Below are positions 1 to 11,769 of a DNA stretch of 64,000 nucleotides, in pieces (the first letter of the stretch is position 1; each line of letters opens with the position of its first letter). The position numbers were made by a program, and so were the translations under genes. Under the pieces are notes generated by a model, which ran no database searches, was not told the origin of the DNA, and saw only the letters and a program-made list of their open reading frames with translations. The stretch spans positions 704,001-768,000 of the forward strand of contig CAWFQB010000014.1 in NCBI GenBank assembly GCA_963817895.1, written 5' to 3'. Source of the DNA: an uncultured Chthonomonadaceae bacterium. Its GTDB lineage: Bacteria > Armatimonadota > Chthonomonadetes > Chthonomonadales > Chthonomonadaceae.

Positions 1-780
1 GTCGCCATTGTGGGCCGTCCCAATGTCGGCAAATCGTCCCTGCTCAACGCGCTTTTGCGGCAGGAACGCGCCATTGTCACGCCGATTGCAGGCACAACGC
101 GCGATCTGGTTGAGGAATCCGCCAACATCGGCGGCGTACCCGTCGTGTTTGTGGATACGGCGGGTATCCGCTCAACCGACGATGTTGTGGAAAGCATCGG
201 GGTGGAACGAGCGCGTAAAGCCGCCGGTCATGCCGACATTATCCTGTGGGTTCTGGACGCGACAACAGAATTTACGAGTGAAGACGAGGAGATTGGCATC
301 TGGCTCGGAAACGAGACGGAAACTCCTGTCATTATTGTGGTGAACAAGTGCGACATGGCTTCCGGCGAGAATTACGTTGATAATGCGGCGGTTGGTCGGT
401 TGGGAGCGTTGTCCTCTACCCGAATTCGCTATGCGTATCTTTCCGCTAAAACAGGAGAAGGGCTGGACACGCTGGAAGCGAATTTAGTTGCCCGCGCTTC
501 CAAAAATCTTTCTTCCGATGCGGAACAGGCCGCGAATTCGATCCACAACCATGAAACCGTTGACGCCGTTGTTGTCGCCAATGCGCGGCACAAGCAGGCG
601 TTAGCCGCCGCCTATGCCAGTTTGCAGGAGGCGGAAGCCACCACACGGCTGTTGTTGCCCGGTGACTTCATCGCCATTGACGCGCGGGGCGCGTTGGACG
701 CGCTCGGCCAGATTACGGGCGAAACCGTCACCGAAGACATTATTCATCGCATTTTTCGGGATTTTTGCGTTGGAAAATAG
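1..780 (+). CDS. mnmE: tRNA modification GTPase MnmE/TrmE (5'-partial)
   Basis: GRPNVGKSS P-loop, GTTRD, DTAG, NKCD and C-terminal FCVGK motifs. Confidence 0.97.
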   Translation, partial: VAIVGRPNVGKSSLLNALLRQERAIVTPIAGTTRDLVEESANIGGVPVVFVDTAGIRSTDDVVESIGVERARKAAGHADIILWVLDATTEFTSEDEEIGIWLGNETETPVIIVVNKCDMASGENYVDNAAVGRLGALSSTRIRYAYLSAKTGEGLDTLEANLVARASKNLSSDAEQAANSIHNHETVDAVVVANARHKQALAAAYASLQEAEATTRLLLPGDFIAIDARGALDALGQITGETVTEDIIHRIFRDFCVGK

Positions 781-1373
781 GGGAGATCAAATTGACAACT
801 ACTGCCGCGCAGCAGGCGCAAAGCGGGCTTACCGGGGGCGTGACGCGGGAAACGCTTCCCAACGGCCTGACGGTCTTGATTAAAGCGAACCATGCCGCCC
901 CGGTTGCCGCCGTGCTGGTGTCCATCAAGGCCGGGTACTTTCAGGAAGAGGATCGCGTCAACGGGATCGCGCATGTCATTGAACATATGCTGTTCAAAGG
1001 CACGACAAAGCGGCCCGAAGATGAGCAGATTGCCCGCGAAGTGCGCGAGTTGGGCGGCTATATAAACGCGGGAACCTATTACGAGGAGACTACTTACTAT
1101 TTGACGGTTCCCTCGCGGCATGTCCTTGCGGCAATGGATATACTCGCGGACGCCTGCCAGAACTCGCTTTTCGACGGGGAGGAACTGGCGAAAGAGATCG
1201 AAGTGATTGTACAGGAGAGCCTGCAAAAGCGGGACAATCCCAACGCCATGCTGCTCGAATCGCTGTACGCCCTTGCCTTTGACGCGCACCGTATCCGCCG
1301 ATGGCGTATCGGACACCCGGAAACGCTACGGGCGTTCCGTTCCGACGATTTGAAACAGTTCGCAGCCGATAAC

Positions 1374-2628
1374 GGTAGCACCGCATTAAACGGTGAAAAG
1401 TAGGGTTGCGGCGCAACAGGGTGGGTGAATGCGCAAGTGGGTTCGGCTGCTTCGTAGAGTTGGTTACCACACCAAAACTCACGGAGGTCGCCATGAACCC
1501 ACAACCCCTATTCTGCCTTAATCTGGCCTGTTCGTCAAGAGGCTTGCAAAATGCAGGCAACATCATCGTTCACGACAGTCTGCGCGACCGCTTTCGCTGC
1601 AAGACCTGCGGACACACCTTTAGCGCCAGCAAAGGAACCCTGTTCTACCGGCTGCGCACCGACCCCAAGATCGTCATCTGTGTGCTGACACTTCTCGCCT
1701 GTGGGTGTCCGCTTCCTGCCATTGTCCGCGCTTTCGGCTTTGACGAGCGAACCGTCACGAACTGGCAGCACAAAGCGGGGCAACATTGTGAAGCCGTCCA
1801 CACGCATCTGGTGACAGGACACGCGCGCGACTTGCAGCAGGTGCAAGCCGATGAGGTTCGCGTCAAGCTGCAAGCGCGTCTGGTGATCTGGATGGCGATG
1901 GCAATCTGCGTTCCCTCGCGCTTGTGGCTGGGCGGGGTTCTCTCGCCGCACCGAGACAAACGCCTGATTGTCCGTCTGGTCGCTGTGGTCAAAGCCTGTG
2001 CGCAACACGCGCCCTTGCTGCTGATGAGCGATGGCTTGAGCAGTTATGTTCCGGCCTGGTGCCACGCCTTCCGCGAGGCGGTTCGTACCGGCAAGGTAGG
2101 TCGCCCGCGTTTACAGACGTGGCCGCATCTGGTAATCGGGCAAGTGGTCAAGCAGTACGAACGTGGGCGCGTGATTGGCGTCGCGCAACGTCTGATACAC
2201 GGCACGGTGGATCAACTGCAAGGCTTGCAGCCCGACGAACACAAACTCAACACGGCCTATATCGAACGGCTCAATGCGACCTTCCGGCAACGGCTGTGTT
2301 GCTTGACACGGCGCGGTCGGTGTTTAGTTCGCCACGAAGCCACATTGCAGGCGGGCATGTACTTGCTCGGTTGCGTGTACAACTTCTGTACGTTTCACAA
2401 GAGCCTGCGCCAGGAGCAGGGCAAAGGTTCGGGCAAGTGGCAACAGCGTACTCCGGCGATGGCCGCGGGGATCACGCAAGAGTGCTGGAGCGTGACCGAT
2501 TTGTTCGCCTACCGAGTACCGCCTGCGCCGTTTGTTGCCAGAAAGCGGCGGGGCCGCCCACCGGGAAGCGGCAAGAAAACGGCGCAAACGAGCGCACAAG
2601 CATAATCACACTTAACTGTGGGGCTACC
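1374..2628 (+). mobile_element. Insertion sequence, IS1-family-like, 1255 bp
   Basis: Imperfect terminal IRs (GGTAGCACCGCATTAAACGGTGA at left; reverse complement of right end GGTAGCCCCACAGTTAAGTGTGA). 9-bp direct repeat GCCGATAAC at 1365-1373 and 2629-2637. Confidence 0.93.
1493..2605 (+). CDS. IS1-family-like DDE transposase (Zn ribbon, HTH, DDE)
   Basis: CxxxxC...CxxC zinc ribbon, HTH, QADE, SDG and NTAYIERLNATFR motifs; GGAGG RBS. Confidence 0.9.
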   Translation: MNPQPLFCLNLACSSRGLQNAGNIIVHDSLRDRFRCKTCGHTFSASKGTLFYRLRTDPKIVICVLTLLACGCPLPAIVRAFGFDERTVTNWQHKAGQHCEAVHTHLVTGHARDLQQVQADEVRVKLQARLVIWMAMAICVPSRLWLGGVLSPHRDKRLIVRLVAVVKACAQHAPLLLMSDGLSSYVPAWCHAFREAVRTGKVGRPRLQTWPHLVIGQVVKQYERGRVIGVAQRLIHGTVDQLQGLQPDEHKLNTAYIERLNATFRQRLCCLTRRGRCLVRHEATLQAGMYLLGCVYNFCTFHKSLRQEQGKGSGKWQQRTPAMAAGITQECWSVTDLFAYRVPPAPFVARKRRGRPPGSGKKTAQTSAQA

Positions 2629-4740
2629 GCCGATAACTACCGCCCCGACAATATGGTTTTAACGATTGTGGGGGATGTGGATGTGGCGCAAGTGTTGGAT
2701 ACGGCGCGAAATTTGTGGGGAAACGTGCCGCAAAATGATAAACCGCGCGAACTGTCGCCGATGGATGCCGCGCATGAGGGCTTTCGCTATCAGCGCATCA
2801 ACGGCGAAACCAAACAACGCTTATTGCTGTTTGCCATGCCCGCCCCCGATACGCTGCACCCGGACGCCGCGCCGCTGATGGTGTTAAGTTCCCTGCTGAG
2901 TGACGGACGCTCGGCGCGTTTGTACCGGCGGCTGAAAGAGGAACTAAATCTCGTCAACAGCGCGTGGGCCGGTTACGAGAGTTTCGAGCAGATGGGGATT
3001 TTTACGCTTGGCGCGGAAGTGGTTGGCGACAATCCGCTTCCGGCTGAACGCGCCCTTTGGGACGAAGTTCGCCGCGTCCAAAACGAGACAGTTGATCCCG
3101 CCGATCTGGAACGCATCAAAACCCGTATCCAAACTCGCCGCCTGTTCGCGCAGGAGGAGGTGATGGGCATGGCGCGTAACCTGTCTCACTACCAGCAGTT
3201 AGGCGATTACCACCTTGCCGATACGCTTGTCGAGCGTTTACGCGCCGTCACTCCCGAAGATGTGCAGCGCGTTGCGCAAACCTACATACAGGTATCATTG
3301 TCTTCGCTGATGGAGTACCTTCCGGTTGACAGCGCGGCCCCCGCCCCTCTTTCCGCTGCGGAACTCGCCGAAACCCTCGAGAAACAACATGTTGTGTCCG
3401 CGCCCGATGAAGCCGACATGACAGAGGATGAGGTTCCCGGCAGCCTGACAATCCTCGTCCGTTCGCAAATCGGCGACACGCAGGAGATCGAACTCCCTGA
3501 GGGCGGCAAACTGCTGTACAAAGAGCGGCGCGACCTGCCGATTATCGCCTTCAACGCCCTGTTTCGCGGCGGCAAAAAGCGCGAAACGCGCCTTACTGCC
3601 GGCCTGACCAGCCTGATGCTGAAAACCTCGCTGAAAGGCACACACGGCACTGGCGTTTTGGATGCCCTTTCCGCCGAGGAGATCGCCAACCGCGTGGAGA
3701 GTCTGGGAACGGGGATTGGCCTATCCGTCGGCATGGAATACTTCGGTTGGGGCCTAAAAAGCAGCCGGGACGTGTTTCGGGAAGCGTTCGACATTTTTGC
3801 CGCCGTTGTTTCCGCGCCCGCCTTTGAGAGCGCGGAAATGGAGAAAGAGCGGCAATCCATTTACGCCGAAATCCGCCGCCAGCAGGACCACAACTATTCC
3901 CTTGCCAACGACCTGTTTGCCGCCGCCCGCTTCGGCGACGAACACCCCTACGGCCTGCCTTCCAGCGGTCTTGCGGAAGCGGTGGAACGGCTGTATCCAT
4001 TGGATTTGCGGAACTGGTATGCCGCGCAGGTGCAGCCGGAAAATCTCATCGTGTCCTGCGTCGGCGACATAGATGCGCAGGAAGCCGTTGATTTATTCGG
4101 AAGGTTAATTCAAGAAAGATGGAAGCCGGAAGAGAAAGAAGTAATCCCACCTAATACCCAATACCCAACACCCAACACCCGTATTCTCCAACGTCAAAAG
4201 CAGCAGACAGCCGCCATGATGGGTTTTGACGGGGCGGACATGTTCAGCCCGGATCGGTACGCGCTGGATGTGCTGAATGAGATCACGTCGGGCATGGGCG
4301 GGCGGCTGTTTCGGGCGGTCAGGGGTGAAAACTCGCTGGCGTATCAGGTGACGAGCGCGCACCGTTCCCGCGTGGATGTAGGCAGTTTCATCACGTACAC
4401 GTCTACCGCGCCCGAAAACGAGGAACGCGCCCGCGACCTGATTCTGAACGCACTGCGCGAATTGCAGCGCGAACACGTCACCGGGGAAGAGTTGCGCATG
4501 GCGAAAGCCTCCCTTGTGGGCGAACACGTCATCAACATGCAAACCTTCGCGGCACAGGCGGGTGAACTGGCAGTCATTGGCGTCTACGGCCTGCCGCTCG
4601 ACGAGTCGGAACGCTACTTGCAGGAAGTTCAAAAAGTTACGACGGAACAAATACGGGATGTTGCCATGCGCTACCTGAACACCGACAAATATTGGCTCGG
4701 CGTGGTACGGGGCGGCAAAACAGAGGAGGCTTGATTGCAG

Positions 4741-5020
4741 ATGGAAGCGACTAAAATGAGTATGAAAGAAGTGGCGCGGCGAAGCGTTGTACGCGCAGAA
4801 TATTCGCGCAAAGGTCGAAACAGAGGAGAACATCGGCAAGGTGTTGGTGATTGACGTAGAAACAGGCGAGTACGCCATTGACGATATGGGATTGATGGAT
4901 CACGACTTCTTCACGCCAAACGTCCTGACGCGCCCCTGTACGGCATCCGTATTGGCTATCGGGCGATGGAAACGTTTGGCGTAATGAGGGTACGAATCGC
5001 TTCATGCTGACCGGCTACAT
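4741..5020 (+). pseudogene. Frameshifted small protein homologous to 62830-63156, followed by a truncated start (MLTGYI) of a probable aspartic protease partner
   Basis: Reconstructed EVARR..LYAQNIRAKVE...VLVIDVETGEYAID...LYGIRIG parallels EIARMGEVIYEKLKPKLE...ITIHVDNEDYAIG...LYCRKIG. Confidence 0.6.
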
Positions 5021-5280
5021 CCTCTAAAATTTCGGCAAGAGTTTGCGCGTTTTCAATTTGCGCTTCGATGTAAGCCAATTCTCCCTTCTCCGCTGTCGAG
5101 CGGCGGCTCGCCGGATGGTTTGAACATTTGCCCTCTGCTGCCATACCTACCAGACCGGACGGCAAAACGCCTACAGTCGTCATTAATTTTCTCCCCTGCC
5201 GACAATCTGACACTCATAGCCTCGATCTACGTTATAACATACATTTTCAGTATACTCCCCATGAACCACGTTCACCTGCA

Positions 5281-5431
5281 TACTTCGTCAGGGTAGAAGA
5301 ATTAGTAGGGGCGTTGCTTGCTGCGCCCTGCTTTGCGGCATTACATCCATTTTAGAGAAGGGTTAACTTAGAGGAGGGTTCAGCAAGCAGAACCCCTACA
5401 AAGCACCCTAAAATTCTACTTTGACGGAGTA
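5281..5431. repeat. GTAG-type REP doublet nested in an outer imperfect inverted repeat
   Basis: GTAGGGGCGTTGCTTGCTGCGCCC (5305-5328) and inverted GGGTTCAGCAAGCAGAACCCCTAC (5376-5399). Outer IR TACTTCGTCAGGGTAGAA / TTCTACTTTGACGGAGTA. Same REP at 46498. Confidence 0.85.
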
Positions 5432-5498
5432 ATAGATATGAAAATTCCCTCTCCTGGCGGAATGAAGCGCGGACAGGAGAGGGTTGGAGTGAGGTGTT

Positions 5499-7362
5499 TC
5501 AGCGCGTCTCGAACGCCTGCACCATTGGAGTGATAATGTCGAAGCCGGGAAGCGGCGTGTTGATGAGCAGCGCGGCGTCGTGCCCGTCCGTGAAATGGAT
5601 GACGCCCGTGGTTTCGCCCTGCTGCGGGGTCGAGCCGTTAATCAGCGCGCCATTGTGATGGTAATAACGCCCGTACTTGCCATCGTAGGGATACCAGCCC
5701 ATGCCCTCCGTGAACATCATGTCCGTAGTCTGCTGCGAGAGAACCACATTGCCGCGCACGCCGACCATGAACTTCAGCAGTTCGCCGCGCCGAAGCCACC
5801 CACCCACCGGGGGCCACGAAACGGAACGCTCCCCAATACTGCCCCGGCTGTGTGTCGGCAAGCCCGGAATACGTCAGGGCGGAGGTATCCACCGGGTCGG
5901 GCGTGGCGTTAAACACGTTGGAGTTGATGCCCATCGGATTCAGGACGTTGATGCGCGCGTAATCCACGTAACTCATGCCCGACAGATGTTCGATCACCGC
6001 CTGTATAATCGTATAGTTGGTGTTGGAGTACAATTCCGTCACGCCGGGCGTACCGACCACAAGGTTGGGCTGATTCAGGTAATTCGTCAGGAACGGCCAC
6101 AGGTCGCCATCCAGTGTGCCGTCGCCCACCATGCCGCTTTTCATCGTCAGCAGATTTTTCAGCGTGATCGTCGGCATTTTCGGGTTTGTGTTGGGATTTA
6201 CGCCCGGTAGTTGGCCTTTTATGATCGGATAGAACGGACTGTCAACCGTGATGTTCTGCGCCTTGATGTTCGGTTGCTCCAACAGGTGCAGGAGAACTAC
6301 AGCAGTAATGGGCTTGGACACGCTGGCAAGGTGGAAGCGGGTGTCCGGCGTCCATGCCTGAGAAGGGTTGTGCGCCTCATGCGAGGATCGCGCCAGATTC
6401 AGGTTTCCTGTTGGCCCGTTTCCGAATTGCGCGGTGGCGAAGGCGTATCCCTCCACTTTCGCGCCCAACTGCGCCTGAAACGACTGCGCCCATTTGGGCG
6501 GAGAGGCCAGATCAATGCTCTGATACTGCTCGATGTGCTTCAGCCGATACCCCGACGCGGACAGCGTGTTCCATTTGCTGACGAAACTGCTCCAATCCAG
6601 ATTGTAGACAAACTCGTGTTTGGCCTGAGTTTCGCGCCACACGCCGATGCAGGTTCTTGCGCCGTTCAGGTCCACCACCTGAAAATCCACCAGTTCCATC
6701 GTGGCAGCGTAGCCCTGGTATGTTTGAATGAAACTGTTCCAATCCGTCGTGTTATACAGAGCGTAGCCGCCACTGCCCGGCTCGAACACGCCCGTATAAT
6801 GGAGATCGTTGCCAACCGGATACGCCTGTATGCGCGTCAGGCGCATACCGTGATGCGTGGACAGTTCCGTCCACTGCTGAACGAAGTTGTTCCAGGTGAG
6901 ATTGGAAACCAGTTGCTGGCCGTTCGGCGCTCCGAGCCACACGCCCGTATACCACAGCGCCCCATTCTCCATCTTGAAATCCAGGTCTATCAGGCGCAGT
7001 TTGCTCTGATTGTCCTGATAGAACTTGTTGAACGTGTTCCAATCCGACGCGCGCCACAGAGCGTATCCATTCGTACCCTGCACATACACGCCGTTGTAGT
7101 AAATGATGCCGCTCTGCGTATACGTGTCAATGTCCACCAGCCGAAGGTTGGCTTTGCTGAGTTCGGTCCATTTGGCGGTGAAGTTGTTCCAGTCAGTCAC
7201 GCTCCACAAGTAGTAGTCGCCGCTCCCGGCCTCGTACAGTCCCGCGTAAAGCGGCGTAGACGGAGTGAGGGTGGACGCGGTGAACTGACCGCCACGCGCG
7301 GCATGGGCCAGATATAGAGTGTTCGCGTCAATTACGTTGAGCTGTTTGTTCGCATCCATCAT
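5499..7362 (-). CDS. Serine hydrolase (beta-lactamase class C-like) with five N-terminal ~50-aa tandem repeats (BTRD1-like); frameshift near 5800
   Basis: SVSK (SxxK), YSN (YxN) and HNG motifs; repeats of the form W..F...W.ELS..G.RL..I..Y. Confidence 0.85.
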
Positions 7363-7649
7363 TTCATTTCTCCAGGGTGTTCAAAAAAGATACTTGCTTA
7401 AAGCCTGTTCCGCTTATTGGCGGGCAACCCGGTCCTCTATCCACGAGGCGGCTGACCTGGCAGCAAAGAGTCTGCCAGGGAGTAGAAACGTTTGCGACGC
7501 ATCATCGCGTCTTCTTCAAGCAGAGTATTATTCACTTCATTGTGCTAATTGGATGGAATTAGTCTAATCTAAAATTACAATTTTTGCTATTACTATATAC
7601 ATAGAATTCCTGTGAAATAAAGCACAGTATTTGTACTGGCGCGTCGGTT

Positions 7650-7785
7650 CCAGGGATTGAAAATCCCTGCCTGTACAAAGCAAGTCCTTCGAATGCAGAC
7701 ACAACAAGTTGTGTCCCTACGCTTCAACAATGTTCTGCGTCCGAAGGACGCTTGCGCTTTCCTGCCGGGGATTTTCAATACCCGG
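7650..7785. repeat. Palindromic MITE/REP-like element, copy 1
   Basis: Terminal hairpins CAGGGATTGAAAATCCCTG and CCGGGGATTTTCAATACCCGG; inner arm GCGTCCGAAGGACGCTTG shared with 26313-26444. Confidence 0.75.
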
Positions 7786-7936
7786 CCCTGCGTATAGCCG
7801 CAGGCACATATTTTGCTCTGGATTGTGCATTTTTGCACAGACGCGCAACGCGCCCGATACCGGCGCGTATATAGAAATAAGCAGTCCTGTTACAGCGTAT
7901 GATTGTTTTGCGTGAGCAGAGGGAGGGTAGTGAGTC

Positions 7937-9314
7937 ATGAACGACAGCAAGGTTTCTGTTCCGCGCGTGGTGATTGTGGGGGGCGGGTTTGGCGGATTGT
8001 ACGCCGCTCGAACGCTTGGCAACGCGCCCGTCGAAGTGACGCTGATTGACAAGACCAATCATCACGTTTTTCAGCCCCTGCTGTATCAGGTGGCGACGGC
8101 GAGTTTGTCGCCCGCGCAGATCACGGCTCCCCTGCGCAGCGTGGTGCGCAACGCCCGCAATACCGAAGTGATGATGAGCGAAGTGACGGGCGTGGACACG
8201 GCAAAGCAGTTGGTACTCACGGACACGAAGCCGGTTCCCTACGACTATCTGATTCTGGCAATGGGATCGCGGCACAGCTACTTCTGGGCATCCCGAATGG
8301 GAAAAGTTCGCGCCCGGTTTGAAGGCTGTCACGGACGCCACAAACGTTCGGCGCAACATCCTGATGGCGTTTGAAGCGGCGGAAATAGAGGACAATGAGG
8401 CGAAGCGGCGCGCCCTGATGACCTTCGTGATGGTGGGCGGCGGGCCGACGGGCGTGGAAATGGCCGGACAAATCGCGGAAATCGCGCATCGCGCCCTGAC
8501 CACAGATTTCCGCCATATCAACCCGAATTGGGCGCGTATTCTGCTGGTGGAAGCCGGCCCGCGCATTCTGGCCGGTTTCGACGAAGCGCTGGCGGCGAAA
8601 TCTCAAAAGTATCTGGAGGGCATGGGCGTCGAGGTACGAACGAGTTCCCGTGTGGAAATGGTGGACGCGCATAGCGTTACCGTCAACGGCGAACGTATCG
8701 GCTGCGGCTCCATTTTGTGGGCGGCGGGCAATATGGCGTCCCCGGCAGGCAAGTGGGTGGGCGCGGAACTCAGCAAATCGGGGCAGGCCAAAATCGGGCC
8801 AAAATGCAATGTGCCGGGACTGGAAAACGTCTTCGTCATCGGCGACTCGGCGTACTTCGAGCAGGACGGGCATCCCCTTCCTGCTGTTGCGCAGCCCGCC
8901 ATTCAGATGGGCAAGTACGTCGCCATACGCATCAAAAATATCACAACCGGCAAGCCCGACCTGCCGCCCTTCCGCTATTTCGACAAGGGGAACATGGCGA
9001 CGATTGGCCGCCGTTTCGCCATTTACGACCTTGCCGAGTTGAAAACTCCGTCCGGCAAGCGCATTACCGGGCCAATCCGTTTCGCCGGATTCTTCGCGTG
9101 GCTGATGTGGCTGGCAATCCACATTACCTATCTCATCGGCTTCGGCAACCGCCTGATGGTGATGCTCAACTGGGCCGGCTCCTATCTGACCTTTTCGCGC
9201 GGCGCGCGCCTCATCACGCCCGACGCGGGGGCCAACACGCCGGAACCGGCTGCCATTATCAACAGCATCCCGGCGCAAACCGCTGTTCCTGAACGGGAGT
9301 TGGCGCGGCGCTGA
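7937..9314 (+). CDS. ndh: Type II NADH dehydrogenase (FAD-dependent); frameshift near 8290
   Basis: GGGFGG, FQPLLYQVAT, VGGGPTGVEMAG, FVIGD and AQPAIQ motifs. Confidence 0.92.
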
Positions 9315-10442
9315 TTACGAACAAACCGGCTGCGTTTGAAACAGTTTCATCAGTTCCACTTCCTCAAGCGTGTATTCCTCATGGTGGCGGCGGATGACAC
9401 GCTTTGCTTCCGGGCGGAAATCCTGTAGGGTAATCCCCTGACTGTACCGCTCGAATACGACGGGATGGATGTAACTTTCGCGGCAAACGGTGGGGGTGTT
9501 GCCAAGCCGGTCCGCCACGATTTTCGCCGCTTCGATGATGTTCTTTTTAATCTCTTTCTCGCTGTTCGGCTTGCCCATTTCGGCAAGGGCAATCGCGGCC
9601 TGCAGGGTTCCGCCCCACGTCCGAAAGTCTTTGGCGGAAAACGCGCTGCCCATTGCCGTTTTGATATAATGGTTGACATCGGCAGGCGTGATGGCATGAG
9701 GATTGCCCTGCCCGTCCAGATAGTTGAACAGACGCGCGTCCCCGATGGCTTTGATCTCGCTCATCAATGTGACCAGTTCCCCATCTACCAGTATGCGCCG
9801 CTGGTGAATATGGTGTTTGCCCGTAAATTGGAACAGCAGGTGCGATTCGTCCAATTCATGCAGATGGTAGTTGCGCAGGGACGTGATGCCGAACGTCTTG
9901 TACCGCTCCACGCTGCCTTCCGAGCCGAGCCGGAAATACAGGTCGTTAATCAGCCGCGTCACTACCGCCAGAACCCGCTCCTTGCCCAACCCCTCTTGGG
10001 CAATATGCTGATTGCTGACATGGCGCAGTTTCGGCAGGTGTTCCCCAAAGTGTTCAATCTTTTCAAACTTTTTCCGCGCCTGACACTCTGCGTAAACGTC
10101 GCCATACCGATACTGAATACGCCCGCTCGTGTCCACGGCAATGGCCTGCAAATTACTGCGGGAGGTGGGCGCGACCCGCACATCCGTATAGCCGGGAGGA
10201 ATGGCGAGATGCGCAATCCGCTCAAGCTCCTGTTCATTCGTAACGCGATGGCCTTTCGCGTCCTCGTACCAGAAGCCCTCTTCCTTCGTGCCGCGCCGAT
10301 GCCACCACTGCGCCCGCGCCCCGCGCTCCATTACGCGCCGCAAACGCTCGGCAATCTCCTGCCCCGGAATGGACGTATTTCGACTGGATTGTGAGATCAA
10401 TTCTACTGCTGTCATAAGGCTTTGCTGACTTCCTGTTTTCAA
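9315..10442 (-). CDS. DNA topoisomerase IB (bacterial, poxvirus-like)
   Basis: GRIQYRY, FRLGSE, FTGK, SAKDFRTWGGT and LGNTPTVCRESYIHP with the catalytic Tyr. Confidence 0.93.
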   Translation of the reverse strand: MKTGSQQSLMTAVELISQSSRNTSIPGQEIAERLRRVMERGARAQWWHRRGTKEEGFWYEDAKGHRVTNEQELERIAHLAIPPGYTDVRVAPTSRSNLQAIAVDTSGRIQYRYGDVYAECQARKKFEKIEHFGEHLPKLRHVSNQHIAQEGLGKERVLAVVTRLINDLYFRLGSEGSVERYKTFGITSLRNYHLHELDESHLLFQFTGKHHIHQRRILVDGELVTLMSEIKAIGDARLFNYLDGQGNPHAITPADVNHYIKTAMGSAFSAKDFRTWGGTLQAAIALAEMGKPNSEKEIKKNIIEAAKIVADRLGNTPTVCRESYIHPVVFERYSQGITLQDFRPEAKRVIRRHHEEYTLEEVELMKLFQTQPVCS

Positions 10443-10684
10443 TGGGTTGATTTCAGGTGGTCTTCCCTGAAATTAATACCCGCCTGCGCTGTGTCGTTTC
10501 ATGCAGGCAAAAGACTGCAAATCAAACAGGCAGGTTCCGGCACTTGCGCGTTTCACAATCAAACCCGCGCCTCATCCCTGTTTGCCGAAACCAATTCATA
10601 GAACGAGCGTATTCACAGGGAGAATATCCACGTGTATTATGTTTTTGACGCGCATCAAAAGCAATCGGGAAAGATCAGCAAACT

Positions 10685-11744
10685 ATGCTGCTGCACGAAG
10701 AACAAGCCCCATCGGAATACGCTCCTTCCAGCAGGCGCGTCACTCCCCGGGAATTGGCGGAAGCCGTCGCCGCTCTTGAAGCCCGCAAAGAAACCGAACG
10801 CGCGCGGGAAGCCGAAACCGTTTCAATCGGGGATGCTCTGAATCACCTTGGGCTGAATACGTCGGAAGTAGAAGTTCTCTCCGAAGTGGAAACATTGCGC
10901 AAGCGCAACGCGCAGAAAGCGCAGCAGGAACAGATTGCACGAACCACCCGCCGCCTGTTTTTCGGAATGTTTGTCGTTAGTACGGTTCTGGTTATCGCCA
11001 CGCTCGGCATGATGAACTTCCGCCTCAGTCACGCGCTGAAAAACGCAACCCTTCCCTTCACACCGCTGCCGACGATGCTGCTGTCGCAGGTTCCCGACGG
11101 ACGCATCGTACATTGCGACAGCGCGACGCTCAGACAATTAGCCGACGGCTGGGTACTGCCTGACAAAGGTTCTGTAAGATGCCCGCCCATTCACACCTGA
11201 TGCAGCCGCCGAACAGCAGTTTCTGAATGAGTGGACGATTACCCGTAGCAACGGTCAGTTTGTAGTCACAGCATGGGCCAGCGTAGATCAGGCGCTTGCC
11301 GTCAAAAATGACCTACCGGCGGGTGTCTTTTCCAATCGTCCGCCCTGGCTTCCGACTTCCAACGTCGCGCCGGTTCAACTGCCGGTCTATCGCTTTGCAG
11401 ACAGTAATCAGGTTGATTATCTGGCAAACGGCACAGTGTCCAAAGAGGGTTCCGGCATGGTACAGGCTTTGTCTGTACTTCCGAACAACACCGCCCTGGA
11501 AACGCTCGTGAAACATCATATAGATGCTGCTGAAAATGCCCGTCACAAAGATGGGCAGCCTGATGACGCTTACTTTACGCACTATGAAGTAAAATCCGAT
11601 GGGCTTCATTTGGCGGAAAATTCAGTAGGAGATGCAGATTACAAGCAACGCGCCACGCGGCTTGCAGAGGAAGCGCTTCAGCGCGTCAATGTTCGTATGC
11701 CTGTCATCAACGATATGAAACTGACTTCGTCACAAACGCAGTAA
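10685..11744 (+). CDS. Hypothetical single-pass membrane protein; frameshift near 11170; paralog of 11770-12564
   Basis: N-terminal TPRELAEAVAALEARKE coiled coil and one TM helix; similarity to the neighbour continues after the frameshift (WTITRSNGQFVVTAW). Confidence 0.65.
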
Positions 11745-11769
11745 TGGCGATGAACACCGGGATACAAGA

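Larger units (their letters stand above)
792..4734 (+). pseudogene. M16 family zinc peptidase (four-domain), interrupted by an IS at 1374-2628
   Basis: HVIEH (HXXEH) motif in the 5' part. Removing the IS plus one 9-bp duplication rejoins FAADN-YRPDNMVLTIVGD in frame. TTG start at 792 after GGGAGA. Confidence 0.92.

Noticed and set aside
1924..4734. 936-aa ORF as a genuine fusion protein
   Set aside because: The first ~235 aa are an alternative frame of the IS; the rest is the C-terminal part of the interrupted peptidase.
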